Below are positions 20,540 through 30,810 of a stretch of 64,000 bases of DNA, piece by piece. Position 1 is the first letter of the stretch. Each line of letters begins with the position of its first letter. The DNA lies in NCBI GenBank assembly GCA_963804165.1, contig CAWDPO010000011.1:32001-96000 (forward strand), read 5' to 3'. The DNA is from an uncultured delta proteobacterium (GTDB lineage Bacteria > Desulfobacterota > Binatia > UBA9968). Position numbers and translations under genes: made by a program. Below the pieces are notes generated by a model that saw only the letters and a list, made by a program, of their open reading frames with translations, had not been told where the DNA came from and made no database searches.

Positions 20540-21844
20540 ATGATCAAAGTTTTACACTATCTCAATCAATTTTTTGCCGGCATCGGCGGTGAGGAGAAAG
20601 CCGGACAGGAATTTTTCTTTCTGCCGAAGCCCGCCGGACCCGGTGTCCTGCTCCGCGACCTACTGAAGAACCAGGACATTGAGTATGCAACGGTGGTCTG
20701 CGGCGACAACTATTTTCATGAACATGAAGAAGCTGTTCTCGCTTCTTTGACGGAAGTGATGGCGCAGTTTGCGCCGGACCTGTTTGTCGCCGGTCCGGCT
20801 TTTCATGCGGGGAGATACGGGCTTGCCTGCGCCAAAACCGCCAGCTTCGTGCGCGAGCGTTGGGGCGTGCCGGCGCTGACAGGGCTCTATGAAGAAAATC
20901 CGGGAACGAAGGAAGTCGGCCGGCATGTCTTGGTGATCCAGACGGGTTCGTCGGCTGCTTCGATGCAAACCGCCATTAAGCGGTTCGCCGATCTGGCGGT
21001 GCTTTTGCTCCACAAGAACGTTGAAAACCTCGAGGCCTTCAAAGAGGAATTTTGTCTAAAGATCCCGCGGCGATTTACCGTTCAAGCCGCTGCTCCCGAC
21101 AGCGTACGAGCAGTGGAGATGCTGCTAGCTAAGCTGGGTGGCGCGGCTTTCGAGAGCGAGATCCCGCGAATCGAGGTGGCGCCCCATCCGGTTCCCGCCG
21201 CGATTCAAGATCTCTCTCAGGCAACTCTCGCCATGGTGACGGAAGGCGGTTTGGTGCCATTAGGCAATCCCGACCGGCTGGAAAGCTCGCGCGGAACGAA
21301 GTACTTCAAGTACTCGATCAAAGAACGCGACGACTTGAAACCGGGCGAGTTCGAAGCCATGCATACCGGTTACGACACCTCCACGGTCAACGCTGATCCC
21401 GACCGGCTTATTCCCGTAGACGCCATGCGGACATTGGAACGCGCCGGGAATTTCGGCAGACTTCACGATTACTATTATGTCACGACCGGAACCGGCGCCA
21501 TGCCTGCCAAGATGCAGGAGCTCGGCGCAGGGATCGCCCAGGAGCTTTCGGCCTCGGGTGTAAACGGAGTCGTTCTCACTGCGACGTGAGGGACCGGCAC
21601 GCGTAGCGGCGCTACGATCGCAAAAGAAATTGAGCGGAGAGGAATTCCGGTGGTGCTCATCACCTGTCTCGCCAATGTGGCAACGCAAGTCGGGGCATAC
21701 CGGATCATGAGCGGAAATAAATTTCACTACCCGGTGGGCAACCCGGATCTTCCGGCCGCCGAAGAAGCGAAGTGGCGCGCTGAGTTGCTGAGCGCGGCGC
21801 TGAAAATTTTACAAACCACAGTCGATGCCCCGACTGTCTTCTAA
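20540..21844 (+). CDS. GrdB/GrdH-like selenoprotein B with Sec at TGA 21587-21589
   Basis: HYLNQFFAGIGGEE, AGPAF..GRYG, EENP; in-frame TGA then GTGTRSGATIAKEIERRGIPVV...PVGNP to TAA 21844; SECIS-like hairpin. Confidence 0.88.
21590..21616 (+). promoter_or_regulatory. Putative bacterial SECIS element
   Basis: 12 nt after UGA: stem CGTAGC / loop GGC / GCTACG. Confidence 0.75.
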
Positions 21845-21996
21845 ATCGAATGCTGTCATGGAACGTCGAGCATTGTTGTTGCTAGTCGCCGGCTTTGTTT
21901 TTGCTGTTAATTTCCTTTCAGTCAACGCGACGACGCGCGCGAATACCAAGATCCGCGTTGGTCTTCCCGATTTCACCAGCTGCTCTGGTCTTCATC

Positions 21997-23131
21997 CTAT
22001 ATAGCCGGCATCGCACTGGCCACGCCACGTTTTCGCATCTCGTCTTCGTAGTGTTTGCGAATGTACGGGTCTTCATCGGCGTATTCGATCAAGGTGCCGC
22101 CTTCTTTCACGTCTATATAAACGCCGTCCTCACTCCGCTTGTCGGCAATCTTAAAGCCGATGGGGTGAATCCGGCTGCCATAGCGAAGCGCGAGATGTCG
22201 CGCCGGCTCGGGGCCGGTATTAAAATGTTGATGGAACCATCCCCCCGGCGGGCAATAGACACTGCCGGCTTTCCATTTCACCTCGACGATTTCGTCCCCG
22301 CGGCCCGCTTCATAGGGCCCGAGGACCGAGTTCCTTCGACCATAACAAAACATAACCCGACGACTGCAAGCCCAACAGAATCGCGCCGGAACCGTGATAG
22401 TGCGCCTTGTGGTACCGAGCCGCCGGCCACTGTGCTAGATGGCCGATCAAACTATTGCCGGATAGCTCGAACTGAGTAATCCGCACCCCCGCTCCCTTGA
22501 TCTCGCGTTGATCCAAATTCGCCGACTGAATGTCCATGATGAAATTGGTTTCCCAGATATGCTGCATTCCCGACTCGTAGCGCTTTTGTCCGACATGAAA
22601 AAAATCGTCTACCCCCGCGTAACGATCGGCAAAATTATAGGGGCAGTTAAAAATGAACTCCTCATTATGCACGATGTCCATCACCAGCGGGGCGTTAGTG
22701 ACCGCCAAAAATTTCACCGGCAGGCGCCCGCCGTTGATCAACCGATGCCAGGTGTTGAGCGGTGGCGCAAACAAGCTCCACGGCCCCCATTCGAACATCT
22801 GCTTGCGCCCACCCTCTTGCCATACTTCCGTGGCGCCTTGGCCGTCGAGTATGCAGATCACTTCTTCGTAAAAATGCTTCTCGGCTAGAAGCGCGCCGCC
22901 GGCGGGAATCTCGCCGACATACATTCCGGTAACGCCTTCCATGCCGTATAGATTAATGAACGTCGCCTTGCCGCCGGTGCGTGTCCAGGGCGCCATGGCG
23001 ACTTCCCGGACATCCTCGAGGCCGTAACCATCGATCACCGGAATCCCCTGGCAAGCCATCCACTTGAAGTAAGTGGTTTTGTGAAACGCCGCCATCAAAG
23101 CTTTGATTCGTTCGTCCTGCGACATAATCAT
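21997..23131 (-). CDS. Bicupin protein, frameshifted near 22325
   Basis: EKHFYEE..PLNTWH first cupin; KAHYH..PPGGWFHQHFN second cupin; RBS AGGAG. Confidence 0.8.
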
Positions 23132-23580
23132 CCGGCTCCTTCGCCGACGGAATTTTTTCTTAGTGAATGTTTCGATTGCAGATTGATTCGGCCATTGCAT
23201 CGAAACGGAACGAAAACCTACCACAGTTCGATGAGATCAGGAAGGTTTCCGATGCGCAACGAAAAAGAGCCGGATCTTAAGCGTCAACGGCGCAACAGGT
23301 GATTGATTGGGTGCTGAAAGCGAAGATGATCGGAAAGGAGTTCGAGGATCTGGCGCGGATGCGGGATGCGTTGACACGCGCCAAATCAGCTCTGGGCGGC
23401 GCTAGACGACACAGGGGGCGTTGGTTTCGACGTTCCGCTTTACATCGTGCATGCTCTCCGCTCTCTTAGCGAGATCAAAGCTATCAAGATGATGAGTGTC
23501 GGTGCACCCGAGGCGATGGCTGGTCGCTCAGGGCGAAATCATGATCGACATCGATCGCAATTTCGCTACCGCGCAGGCGG

Positions 23581-25116
23581 TCAGCGCAAAACGAATGTTC
23601 CGACACGGCCGAGTCCGTCGGAACCCATGTCGCTATTTTGAACCAATTCCCCGCGAACCAATGACCACGCCGAGGATCTTGAGGTAGGGCCGACATCGTC
23701 GACGACGGTCCAGCCGGTAAGAGTCGTGCGGTTGAAGTCATCCCAAAGCAACTCCGCACCAGTGGCGAGGTCGACGACTTTTACGTCGTCGAAAGCGCTT
23801 CCCTGATTGCGCGAAGAGTAAAGCGCGACGGTGCCGTTTCGAAAACTTTGATCGTGAACAGAGAAAACCGGTTTACCGTCGATGTTGACCTTCAGAGTCG
23901 TTCCCTGGGCGATAAGCTCGATCAAATAGTTGTGACCACTGACGTACGGGACAGTATCCTCAGCGATAACCTTGAAAATACCGTTTTCACGTTTTATGAG
24001 CTGACGTCCCGCGGGTTCTTGCGCCCATGAAAAGCGATAATAGTTGTCTCTGTCCTGATAGCGGAACATGACCCCTAACGTGTCATCGTCGGCAGAGCGC
24101 ATTTTTAGCGCGACGCGATAGTCTTTCCAGCTTGCTTGAGTGTACAAAGCGTAGGTTCCTAATTGCCCGCCTCGCGTTGAAGAGATATTGCTGCTTTGCA
24201 CCAGGGCGCCCGTGGCTGCGGACCAATGGGATGGGCCGGCGGAGTCTCCCTCGTCGATAATGGTCCAGCTTCGATGTATGCCGTCATTGAAGTTGGCAGA
24301 GAGTAAGGTATTACCGCCGTTGAGGTCATCAACCACGATGTCGTCGAAGGCACTTCCCTGGTTGGAATACGAATATAACGCAATCGTCCCTTCCGGGATG
24401 GCGCTGTCGGTCACGGAGAACACCGAGCGTCCATCGATCAAGACCTTCAAGGACGAGCCCTGGGTGACGATTTGTAAAGTATACGTTTGCCCCACTGTGT
24501 ACGGCACTGAGTCTTTCGCCAATACCTGGAACACACCGCCGACACGTTTCTCAAGTCGCCGAGAGCTATTCCCCGCAGACCAGCTGAAACGATAGTAGTT
24601 GTTTGGATCCTGATAGCGAAACATTGCTCCTATGGAGTCGCTATCGGTGGAGCGGATTTTCATTGTCAGGCGATAATTGTTCCACCGACCGGCGCCCTCT
24701 GCGCCGGGTGAGGGATTTGAGCCCAGAGCCGTGGAGCCAGTCGAGATCTGGGTGGTGGGAGTCAAGGTCGTAGGAGCCAGGTTCGTGGAAGTGGGCTGAG
24801 AATTACTCGAAACGGTGGCGCACGCGCTGTTGGAAGTCAGCGAATCTCCCGCCTTGTTAAACGCCCGCACGCGATAGCAGTAAGTTGATCCGGCGTTTAA
24901 TCCTGAATCCGTGTAGCTTTCCGTATTGGCGCCCACCCGGGCGATTTCAACATACTTACCTGAGATCTGGCGCTCGATCGTAAATCCGACTTCCGTGGCA
25001 GAATTGTCTCGCCAGTTCAGGAGTAGAGTAGCGGACTCACTGATGCTGGCCCATAGCGTCGTGAAACCGAGGGTGAACAAAACAAAGGCCAAGAACGGCA
25101 GTGGAATTCGGAGCAA
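23581..25116 (-). CDS. Secreted FN3 + duplicated thrombospondin-C-like (ConA/LamG-fold) domain protein
   Basis: Signal peptide; WRDNS..YTDSGL..YCYRVRAFN; Thr/Ser linker; two D(S/D)D..G.MFRYQD..NYYRFSW repeats. Confidence 0.75.
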   Translation of the reverse strand: MLRIPLPFLAFVLFTLGFTTLWASISESATLLLNWRDNSATEVGFTIERQISGKYVEIARVGANTESYTDSGLNAGSTYCYRVRAFNKAGDSLTSNSACATVSSNSQPTSTNLAPTTLTPTTQISTGSTALGSNPSPGAEGAGRWNNYRLTMKIRSTDSDSIGAMFRYQDPNNYYRFSWSAGNSSRRLEKRVGGVFQVLAKDSVPYTVGQTYTLQIVTQGSSLKVLIDGRSVFSVTDSAIPEGTIALYSYSNQGSAFDDIVVDDLNGGNTLLSANFNDGIHRSWTIIDEGDSAGPSHWSAATGALVQSSNISSTRGGQLGTYALYTQASWKDYRVALKMRSADDDTLGVMFRYQDRDNYYRFSWAQEPAGRQLIKRENGIFKVIAEDTVPYVSGHNYLIELIAQGTTLKVNIDGKPVFSVHDQSFRNGTVALYSSRNQGSAFDDVKVVDLATGAELLWDDFNRTTLTGWTVVDDVGPTSRSSAWSLVRGELVQNSDMGSDGLGRVGTFVLR

Positions 25117-25137
25117 ACTACACCTCCTAAAGCCGGT

Positions 25138-25235
25138 AAGATCCCGACCTGTGAAGGTGCGGGGAATCGTCTCGGGCAGTCTTTCAGTACTCAGTAGCGT
25201 CCCGCCAGCGCCTTTCAGGGTAGCGGGCTAATCGT
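25138..25235 (-). other. Candidate structured 5' leader RNA (class unknown)
   Basis: Three hairpins on the minus strand, two closed by C-UGAAA-G loops, between a sigma-54 promoter and the RBS AGGAGG. Confidence 0.4.
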
Positions 25236-25280
25236 CCATGTGCAGAGTGATTTAATTCTGGCGCGTCGCCGCACTGCAAC

Positions 25281-25296
25281 GCAATCGCGATGCCAA
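25281..25296 (-). promoter_or_regulatory. Sigma-54 -24/-12 promoter
   Basis: Minus strand TTGGCATCGCGATTGC fits TGGCA(C/T)-N5-TTGC. Confidence 0.65.
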
Positions 25297-25728
25297 GTAC
25301 GGATCATCGAAAAAATTTGCTAACCGCATTTTCTGACTCTGAAACAATGAAACCATCGACGGGACAAATGCATGATTTTTTGGAGGAACTGTCGCAAGAA
25401 AATTTTCGGTAACTGCGACTTCGCCAAAGCACTCCCGCTCTTTGTCGAGGAGCGATGTATGAAAAAGAAGTCAAAATAGTGACAAAAGAGTGCAGGGAGG
25501 TTCGGACACTTTGGGCTCATTCAATTCAGATAACTTTAGTCTCTCCCGGTGATGCTCATTCGGTAACGACGAGAGAGCATCGGTTCTGACGCGTCGATCT
25601 TGGTCGCCATTGTGATACTGTTGTTCGCTTGTCGAATTAGATATCCGTCTAGTTAGGCTGGCAGCTTATCATTAAGTTATGCTATCCATCGCTACAGTTT
25701 TATCATTTTGAGATCGAGGTAGGGCGTT

Positions 25729-26796
25729 ATGCAGATCGCGAAAATCGATACCAGGTTGCTCGAAATGCCCTATAACAAGCCGTTGGTTACGGCAACGAAT
25801 AATTTCACCGTCGCGCGCGGATTGCTCGTGAAGGTCGCTACGGACGGTGGCATCGAAGGTTACGGCTATTCCGATCTCTTCCCGCGCACCGGCGAGACGC
25901 CCCAGACGGCGCAGCATGTCATCGAAACAGTTCTAAAAGGTAAGGTGGTCGGCAAGGAGATCGAGGATCTGCCGCGGATACGCGCCGACATCGATCATAC
26001 TTTGACCGGAAACCCGCGGGCCAAGGCGGCTTTGGAAACCGCGATGTACGACGCGCTGGCGCGGGGCTATCACATGCCGCTATCCGTCATGCTCGGCGGG
26101 AAATATCGAAGCGAGATTAGAGTCATCAAGATGGTGAGCGTCGGCGATCCCGATGCGATGGCCGAAGAAGCGAAACAGCTTGTGCGTAGCGGACTGGCGC
26201 TGAAGCTCAAAGTCGGCGGGAAGATTGAGCAGGATTTGCCCCGGGTTGCGGCCGTACGCAAGGCGGTCGGCGCCGACGTCTTCATCAAAGTCGACGCCAA
26301 TGAATCGTACGATGCAAAAACCGCCATTCGCTTGGCCAAAGGGCTGGCCGATCACGGGGTGGAAGTCTTCGAACAGCCGGTGCCGCGCGATCAACTCGAC
26401 GCCTTGTGGGAAGTGAAAAAGCATTCGCCGATCAAGATCGAAGCGGACCAGTCGGCACGATCCTTCGCCGACGTACAGATGATGATTAAAAATCGCATGG
26501 TCGATTCGATCAACACGGGTATCGCTAAAGTCGGTAGCATTGGAGAGGTGCGCAAAATCGCTGATCTTTGTGAGCTGAACGGTATCCGCTGCGCCCTCTC
26601 GAACACGGCGGGCAGTATGGTTGGCGACGCTGCCGCGGTGCATCTCGCGGCGAGCACGCCCGGTATCTCACCGTTGTGCGAGCTGGGCGAGTTTGAAGTG
26701 ATCACCGGCGATCCATTTTTCGGCCTGACGGTCGAGAAGGGCATGATCAGCGTGCCGGAGGGCGAGGGATTGGGGGTGAGTCTCAGGGGATTCTAG
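25729..26796 (+). CDS. Mandelate racemase/muconate lactonizing enzyme (enolase superfamily)
   Basis: KLKVG, VDAN, FEQP, ADQS. Confidence 0.88.
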   Translation: MQIAKIDTRLLEMPYNKPLVTATNNFTVARGLLVKVATDGGIEGYGYSDLFPRTGETPQTAQHVIETVLKGKVVGKEIEDLPRIRADIDHTLTGNPRAKAALETAMYDALARGYHMPLSVMLGGKYRSEIRVIKMVSVGDPDAMAEEAKQLVRSGLALKLKVGGKIEQDLPRVAAVRKAVGADVFIKVDANESYDAKTAIRLAKGLADHGVEVFEQPVPRDQLDALWEVKKHSPIKIEADQSARSFADVQMMIKNRMVDSINTGIAKVGSIGEVRKIADLCELNGIRCALSNTAGSMVGDAAAVHLAASTPGISPLCELGEFEVITGDPFFGLTVEKGMISVPEGEGLGVSLRGF

Positions 26797-26813
26797 GAAG
26801 AGTGGAAGCAATC

Positions 26814-26924
26814 GTTGCAGACGTTCCAATCGTTCAAGTCGTTTCGAACGGACTCCGGACTCGATCCCGGCGATTGAACGTTTTGAACGGAGCGTAGCGG
26901 TTGAACGGTTTGAACCATTTGAAC
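26814..26924. repeat. Inverted 9-bp array pair (GTTCAAnnC ... GnnTTGAAC)
   Basis: GTTGCAGAC GTTCCAATC GTTCAAGTC, then TTGAAC units with a GGAGCGTAGC insert. Confidence 0.75.
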
Positions 26925-26948
26925 TCTTAATCTTGAGGAAAGATACCT

Positions 26949-28382
26949 ATGCCGGATTTACGCACATGGCTTAACGATGTCGACAAGCTCGGTCAGCTGA
27001 TGACCGTGGAAAACGTTCACTGGGATCTCGAGCTTTCGACCTTGACGGAAATTATCAACGAGCGCTCGAAGACGCGACCGGCGATCATTTTCGATCGCAT
27101 CAAAGACTACCCGCAAGGTTATCGCGTTGCCGCCAATCTGGTGTCATCTGTCGGTCGCTTGGCTCTCACGCTCGGCATGAAGGCCGACATGAGCGATATG
27201 GATTTCGTCCAAGCTTGGCGCCAGCAGGTTAAGAAGATCACACCGCTGCCGACAGAGACAGTTGCGACGGGACGGCTGTTTGAAAACGTCAAGAAAGGTA
27301 AAGACATTAACGTACTGCAATTTCCCGTGCCACGCTGGCACGAGCTGGATGGCGGGCGCTACATCGGCACCGACGATCTCGTGATCACGCGCGATCCGGA
27401 GGAGGACTGGGTCAACGTCGGCACCTACCGAGTCATGGTTCACGGCCCCGATCGCCTGGGGTTACACATGTCGCCCGGTAAACATGGCCGCGTGCACAGG
27501 GACAAATATCACGCGTGGGGAAAACCGTTGCCGATCGCGGTTTCTTTCGGTCATCATCCGATCAACTTCGTCGTGGCGTCCACCGACGTACCGAATCGCG
27601 TCAACGAGTACGAGTACACCGGCGGCATTCTCGGCAAACCGCTGCAGGTCGTTAAAGGACCGCTGACGGGTTTGCCGATCCCCGCCGACGCGGAGATCGC
27701 CATCGAAGGCGAAGTGGCGGTTGACGATGTCATGCCCGAAGGTCCGTTCGGAGAATGGACCGGCTACTACGCAAGCAATCAGCCGGCGGTACCCGTGATT
27801 CAAATCAAAGCGCTCTACTTCCGCAACGATCCGATCCTCTGCGGCTTTCCACTGCTCAAACCCTCCGCAGGCGACAATATTCATTTCTCGCTGATGCGCT
27901 CGTCCTTGGTCTGGAACGCCCTGGATGAAGCCGGCGTGCCCGATGTCAGAGGCGTGTGGTGTCATCCCTCGGCGGGCCGCTTCCTTACCGTGGTTTCGAT
28001 CAAGCAGCGCTACCCCGGTCATGCGCGCCAAGCCGGCATGATCGCTAGCCAATGCCGATCCGGCGCTTATCTTGGCCGTTACGTCGTCGTGGTCGATGAC
28101 GACGTCGACATAACCGATTCCGAAGAATTTCTCTGGGTGCTGAGCAGCCGTTCTGATCCGGCTGAGTCGATCGAGATTCTCCGGCGCGCCTGGAGCGGCC
28201 CGCTCGATCCGCGCATCGCGCGCGACCAGGTGGGTCACAGCTCGCGCGCGGTGATCGATGCGACGCGGCCGTACGAATGGCGCGAGAAGTTTCCCAAAGT
28301 CAGCGGCGCGAGCCGAGAATTAAAAGACAAAGTCGCGGGCGATTGGCGTGAGTTTCTCGATCAGAAGGTCGCCGGAAAATAG
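26949..28382 (+). CDS. UbiD-family (prFMN-dependent) decarboxylase
   Basis: DGGRY, NVGTYR, EGPFGEWTGYY, VVDDDVD, IDATRP. Confidence 0.92.
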   Translation: MPDLRTWLNDVDKLGQLMTVENVHWDLELSTLTEIINERSKTRPAIIFDRIKDYPQGYRVAANLVSSVGRLALTLGMKADMSDMDFVQAWRQQVKKITPLPTETVATGRLFENVKKGKDINVLQFPVPRWHELDGGRYIGTDDLVITRDPEEDWVNVGTYRVMVHGPDRLGLHMSPGKHGRVHRDKYHAWGKPLPIAVSFGHHPINFVVASTDVPNRVNEYEYTGGILGKPLQVVKGPLTGLPIPADAEIAIEGEVAVDDVMPEGPFGEWTGYYASNQPAVPVIQIKALYFRNDPILCGFPLLKPSAGDNIHFSLMRSSLVWNALDEAGVPDVRGVWCHPSAGRFLTVVSIKQRYPGHARQAGMIASQCRSGAYLGRYVVVVDDDVDITDSEEFLWVLSSRSDPAESIEILRRAWSGPLDPRIARDQVGHSSRAVIDATRPYEWREKFPKVSGASRELKDKVAGDWREFLDQKVAGK

Positions 28383-28445
28383 CGCAGCGTTTACGCGCTT
28401 CTAAGGGCGCGTGTCGCCCGTTGGAGTTCCGCAAACGCCGCAGCC

Positions 28446-28479
28446 CGTAGGTCGGGTTGGCTCAGCGTAACCCGACGAC
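28446..28479. repeat. GTAG-class REP
   Basis: cgtaggtcgggttggctcagcgtaacccgacgac hairpin. Confidence 0.75.
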
Positions 28480-28492
28480 TCCGATCGTACCG

Positions 28493-28801
28493 ATGCAATA
28501 TCGCCGCCCTTTCGTTCCTGGTGGCACTTTCTTTTTCACGGTGGTGACAGCGGACCGTAAACCGGTGTTCGCCGAGCAAAAGAACGTCACTACGTTGCGG
28601 GAGGCCTTTCGCACGATTCGGTTGCGGCGGCCATTTAAACTGGATGCGGCCGTGGTTTTACGGGATCACTTGCATTGTATCTGGACGCTACCTTCCGGCG
28701 ACGCAGATTTCGCGACTCGTTGGCGGTTGATCAAGACGTGGTTTACCAAGCATTGCGGTTCCGATACGTCGTCGGGGTACGCGAAGCTAACCCGAAGCTA
28801 A
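28493..28801 (+). pseudogene. Truncated REP-associated tyrosine transposase (RAYT)
   Basis: YRR..PGGTFFFTVVT, DHLHCIWTLP (HUH), RWRLIK; C-terminal catalytic Tyr region absent. Confidence 0.85.
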
Positions 28802-28814
28802 CCCGAAGCTAACC
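28768..28814. repeat. Inverted REP copy with 11-bp triplication (CGAAGCTAACC x3)
   Basis: gtcgtcggggtacgcgaagctaacccga is close to the reverse complement of the REP at 28446. Confidence 0.7.
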
Positions 28815-28841
28815 TTTTTTTAGCAACCTGCCAGGGCTAGC

Positions 28842-29032
28842 CTAGTGTCCTGTTCAGAAGTTCGCTGCATAATTGCCGCGCCACCAGTAGCCACAAATCT
28901 CCCTTGCCCTCTTTTGCAAAGAGGGTTAAGACGTTCGGAGAAAATTCCCAGAGGAACGGAAGGATTTGAGCGCGACTCCAGCCGCCATTCACTATTTGTA
29001 CTTTTAAATGAACTTCTGGGTCAGAACACTAG
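28842..29032. mobile_element. MITE-like element, family 1 (TIR CTAGTGTCCTG..CAGAAG)
   Basis: ctagtgtcctgttcagaagttc ... gaacttctgggtcagaacactag; internal CCCTCTTT/AAAGAGGG palindrome. Confidence 0.7.
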
Positions 29033-29430
29033 ACGGTTTCTCCGATCGGGCCCGTGTGCATCGGCTCGTTGACGGCATCGTCCGGAACCTCACTGCGTAG
29101 GGCCTGAAGAATGTTGCGCGCAGCGCGAAGCTCTATCTGGCGCCGAACCTCGTCCACCGCGGAGCCAAGGTGCGGTGTAAATAGCGTTTGAGACGGGTTA
29201 TTGAGAAGGGTTTGCGGAATCGACTTGAGGTGGTCTTGCCGTTGCACGTCTTCGAGAATACGCCCGCGGTATAGCCCGCGAGCTTACCCGACTCCAGAGC
29301 CCGTGCCACGGCACCTTCGTCGACCACTGATCCGCGACCGATGTTCACGAGACAACTGCCGGGCTTCATGGCAGCAAGCGTCACATCATTGATCAAGTGG
29401 AAGGTGCCGTCGAGCAGCGGCGCCGCCAGA
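29029..29430 (-). pseudogene. ptxD: Phosphite dehydrogenase (PtxD)-like C-terminal remnant
   Basis: [23 protein letters not shown] and [20 protein letters not shown] in two frames; N-terminal two-thirds missing. Confidence 0.7.
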
Positions 29431-29499
29431 AATCCTTGTCTTAAAGCAAGCGGATCCGCATCAATACATGGTGGAAATATACCTGCTCGTCAGGATTCT

Positions 29500-30768
29500 C
29501 TAGCGCTCGGTGACAAGTATTTTCCCGCTCATATAGGGGTGGATTGAACAGAGATAATCATAAGCGCCGGGGCGATCGAAATTCGCGCTGTAACTGGAGC
29601 CCGGCATCACTGTGTCCGAGGCATGCGCCATTCTTCACGGCGATGCTGTGCGGCGCGCCATCGTCATTGAGCCAAGTCACCGTTTCTCCTGAGGTCACTT
29701 CGAGAAGCGCGGGATTAAAAGCGAACCCACTGATCGTCACCCGCCGACTCGAAGATCGTTGCTGCGGTCGCTGCCGTTTGCACCACAATCTTTCGCGGCG
29801 CATTGCCGACTGGCGATATTGGTCACTGTGCCGCTCTCGAGATCGACGATGGACACATCGTTGGAGTCTTCGTTGGTCGTAAGCGCGGTTTTTCCGCCAG
29901 GCCCGCCCGCCACCCAATGGGGCCGCGAGCCGACTTTGATCGATTTCTCAACGCTGTTTGTCTGCGGATTGAAAACGGCGAGCAGGCTCGGGCCTTGAAC
30001 CGCGGTGAGACCGCGTTTGCCATCCGCCGTGAAGTTCGCGTAATGCGGCGAGACGCCCACAGGGATTTCGCCGACGATTTTATTGCCTGCTCGGATCGAC
30101 CACGACCACGGAATCAATGCCCGCCTGGGTGATATATAGGTGTCTTCCGCCGGGGCCGAACTCCAATCCGCGCGGGGTCTTTTCCAGAGGTACGCGTATT
30201 CGTGAGCTTGCGATCCGCCAGGTCGATGATCGCGAGCGAGAACTTGCCCGGTGATTGTGATCCAACATAGGCGAGCCGTCCATTTGGATGGACGGCGATG
30301 TTGTGCGGCTTGCCCACTGCAACGCTGCCGACCACTTTGCGAGTGGTGGTATCGATGAGAGCGACTGAATCGGTGTCGTACACCCCGACCAGGACAAACT
30401 TGCCGTCCGGGCTCGACTGCAACGCCGTGGGGGTTTTTGCCCACTTCGATGTTTTCGACCAGCTTGTCCGTCGCCGTATCGATGACGCTGACGGTCGATG
30501 CGCCGTCGCTGGCAACATAGACCCAGCGGTTATCGGCCGTAATGGCGATGCCATGGGGGCCGGGCGGAACCGGGATGGTTGCCGTGACTCGCTTCAGCTC
30601 AACGTCAATGACGCTGATCGTATTGTCCTTAAAATTGCCGACGTAAGCTTTAGGTCCGGCGGCGATGGCGGCACTGGCGGTGAGAAATATCGCTGCCAGT
30701 AACAGAATTGTAACCGAGCAGCCATTGCGAAAAAATGGGATTTGGTCAAAGTTGGCTTTTTGCGACAT
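29500..30768 (-). CDS. YVTN/YncE beta-propeller protein with C-terminal cupredoxin domain, multiply frameshifted
   Basis: Repeated VGxxPHG/SVID blades across frames; C-terminal AFNP..VTWLN..PH and YDYLCSIHPYMSG, TAG at 29500-29502. Confidence 0.78.
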
Positions 30769-30810
30769 GTCATCTACCTCAATGTAACTTAGAATTTGCA
30801 TGAGCTACTG

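Noticed and set aside
21650-21844. Separate small ORFs after each grdB-like gene (also 54432..54686)
   Set aside because: They are the in-frame C-terminal parts of the selenoproteins beyond UGA
25138-25235. c-di-GMP-I (GEMM) riboswitch or hammerhead ribozyme call
   Set aside because: Has GAAA and GGGACGC but lacks GCAAAC/GCAAAG and the tetraloop receptor; CUGAGUA does not fit the hammerhead CUGANGA core
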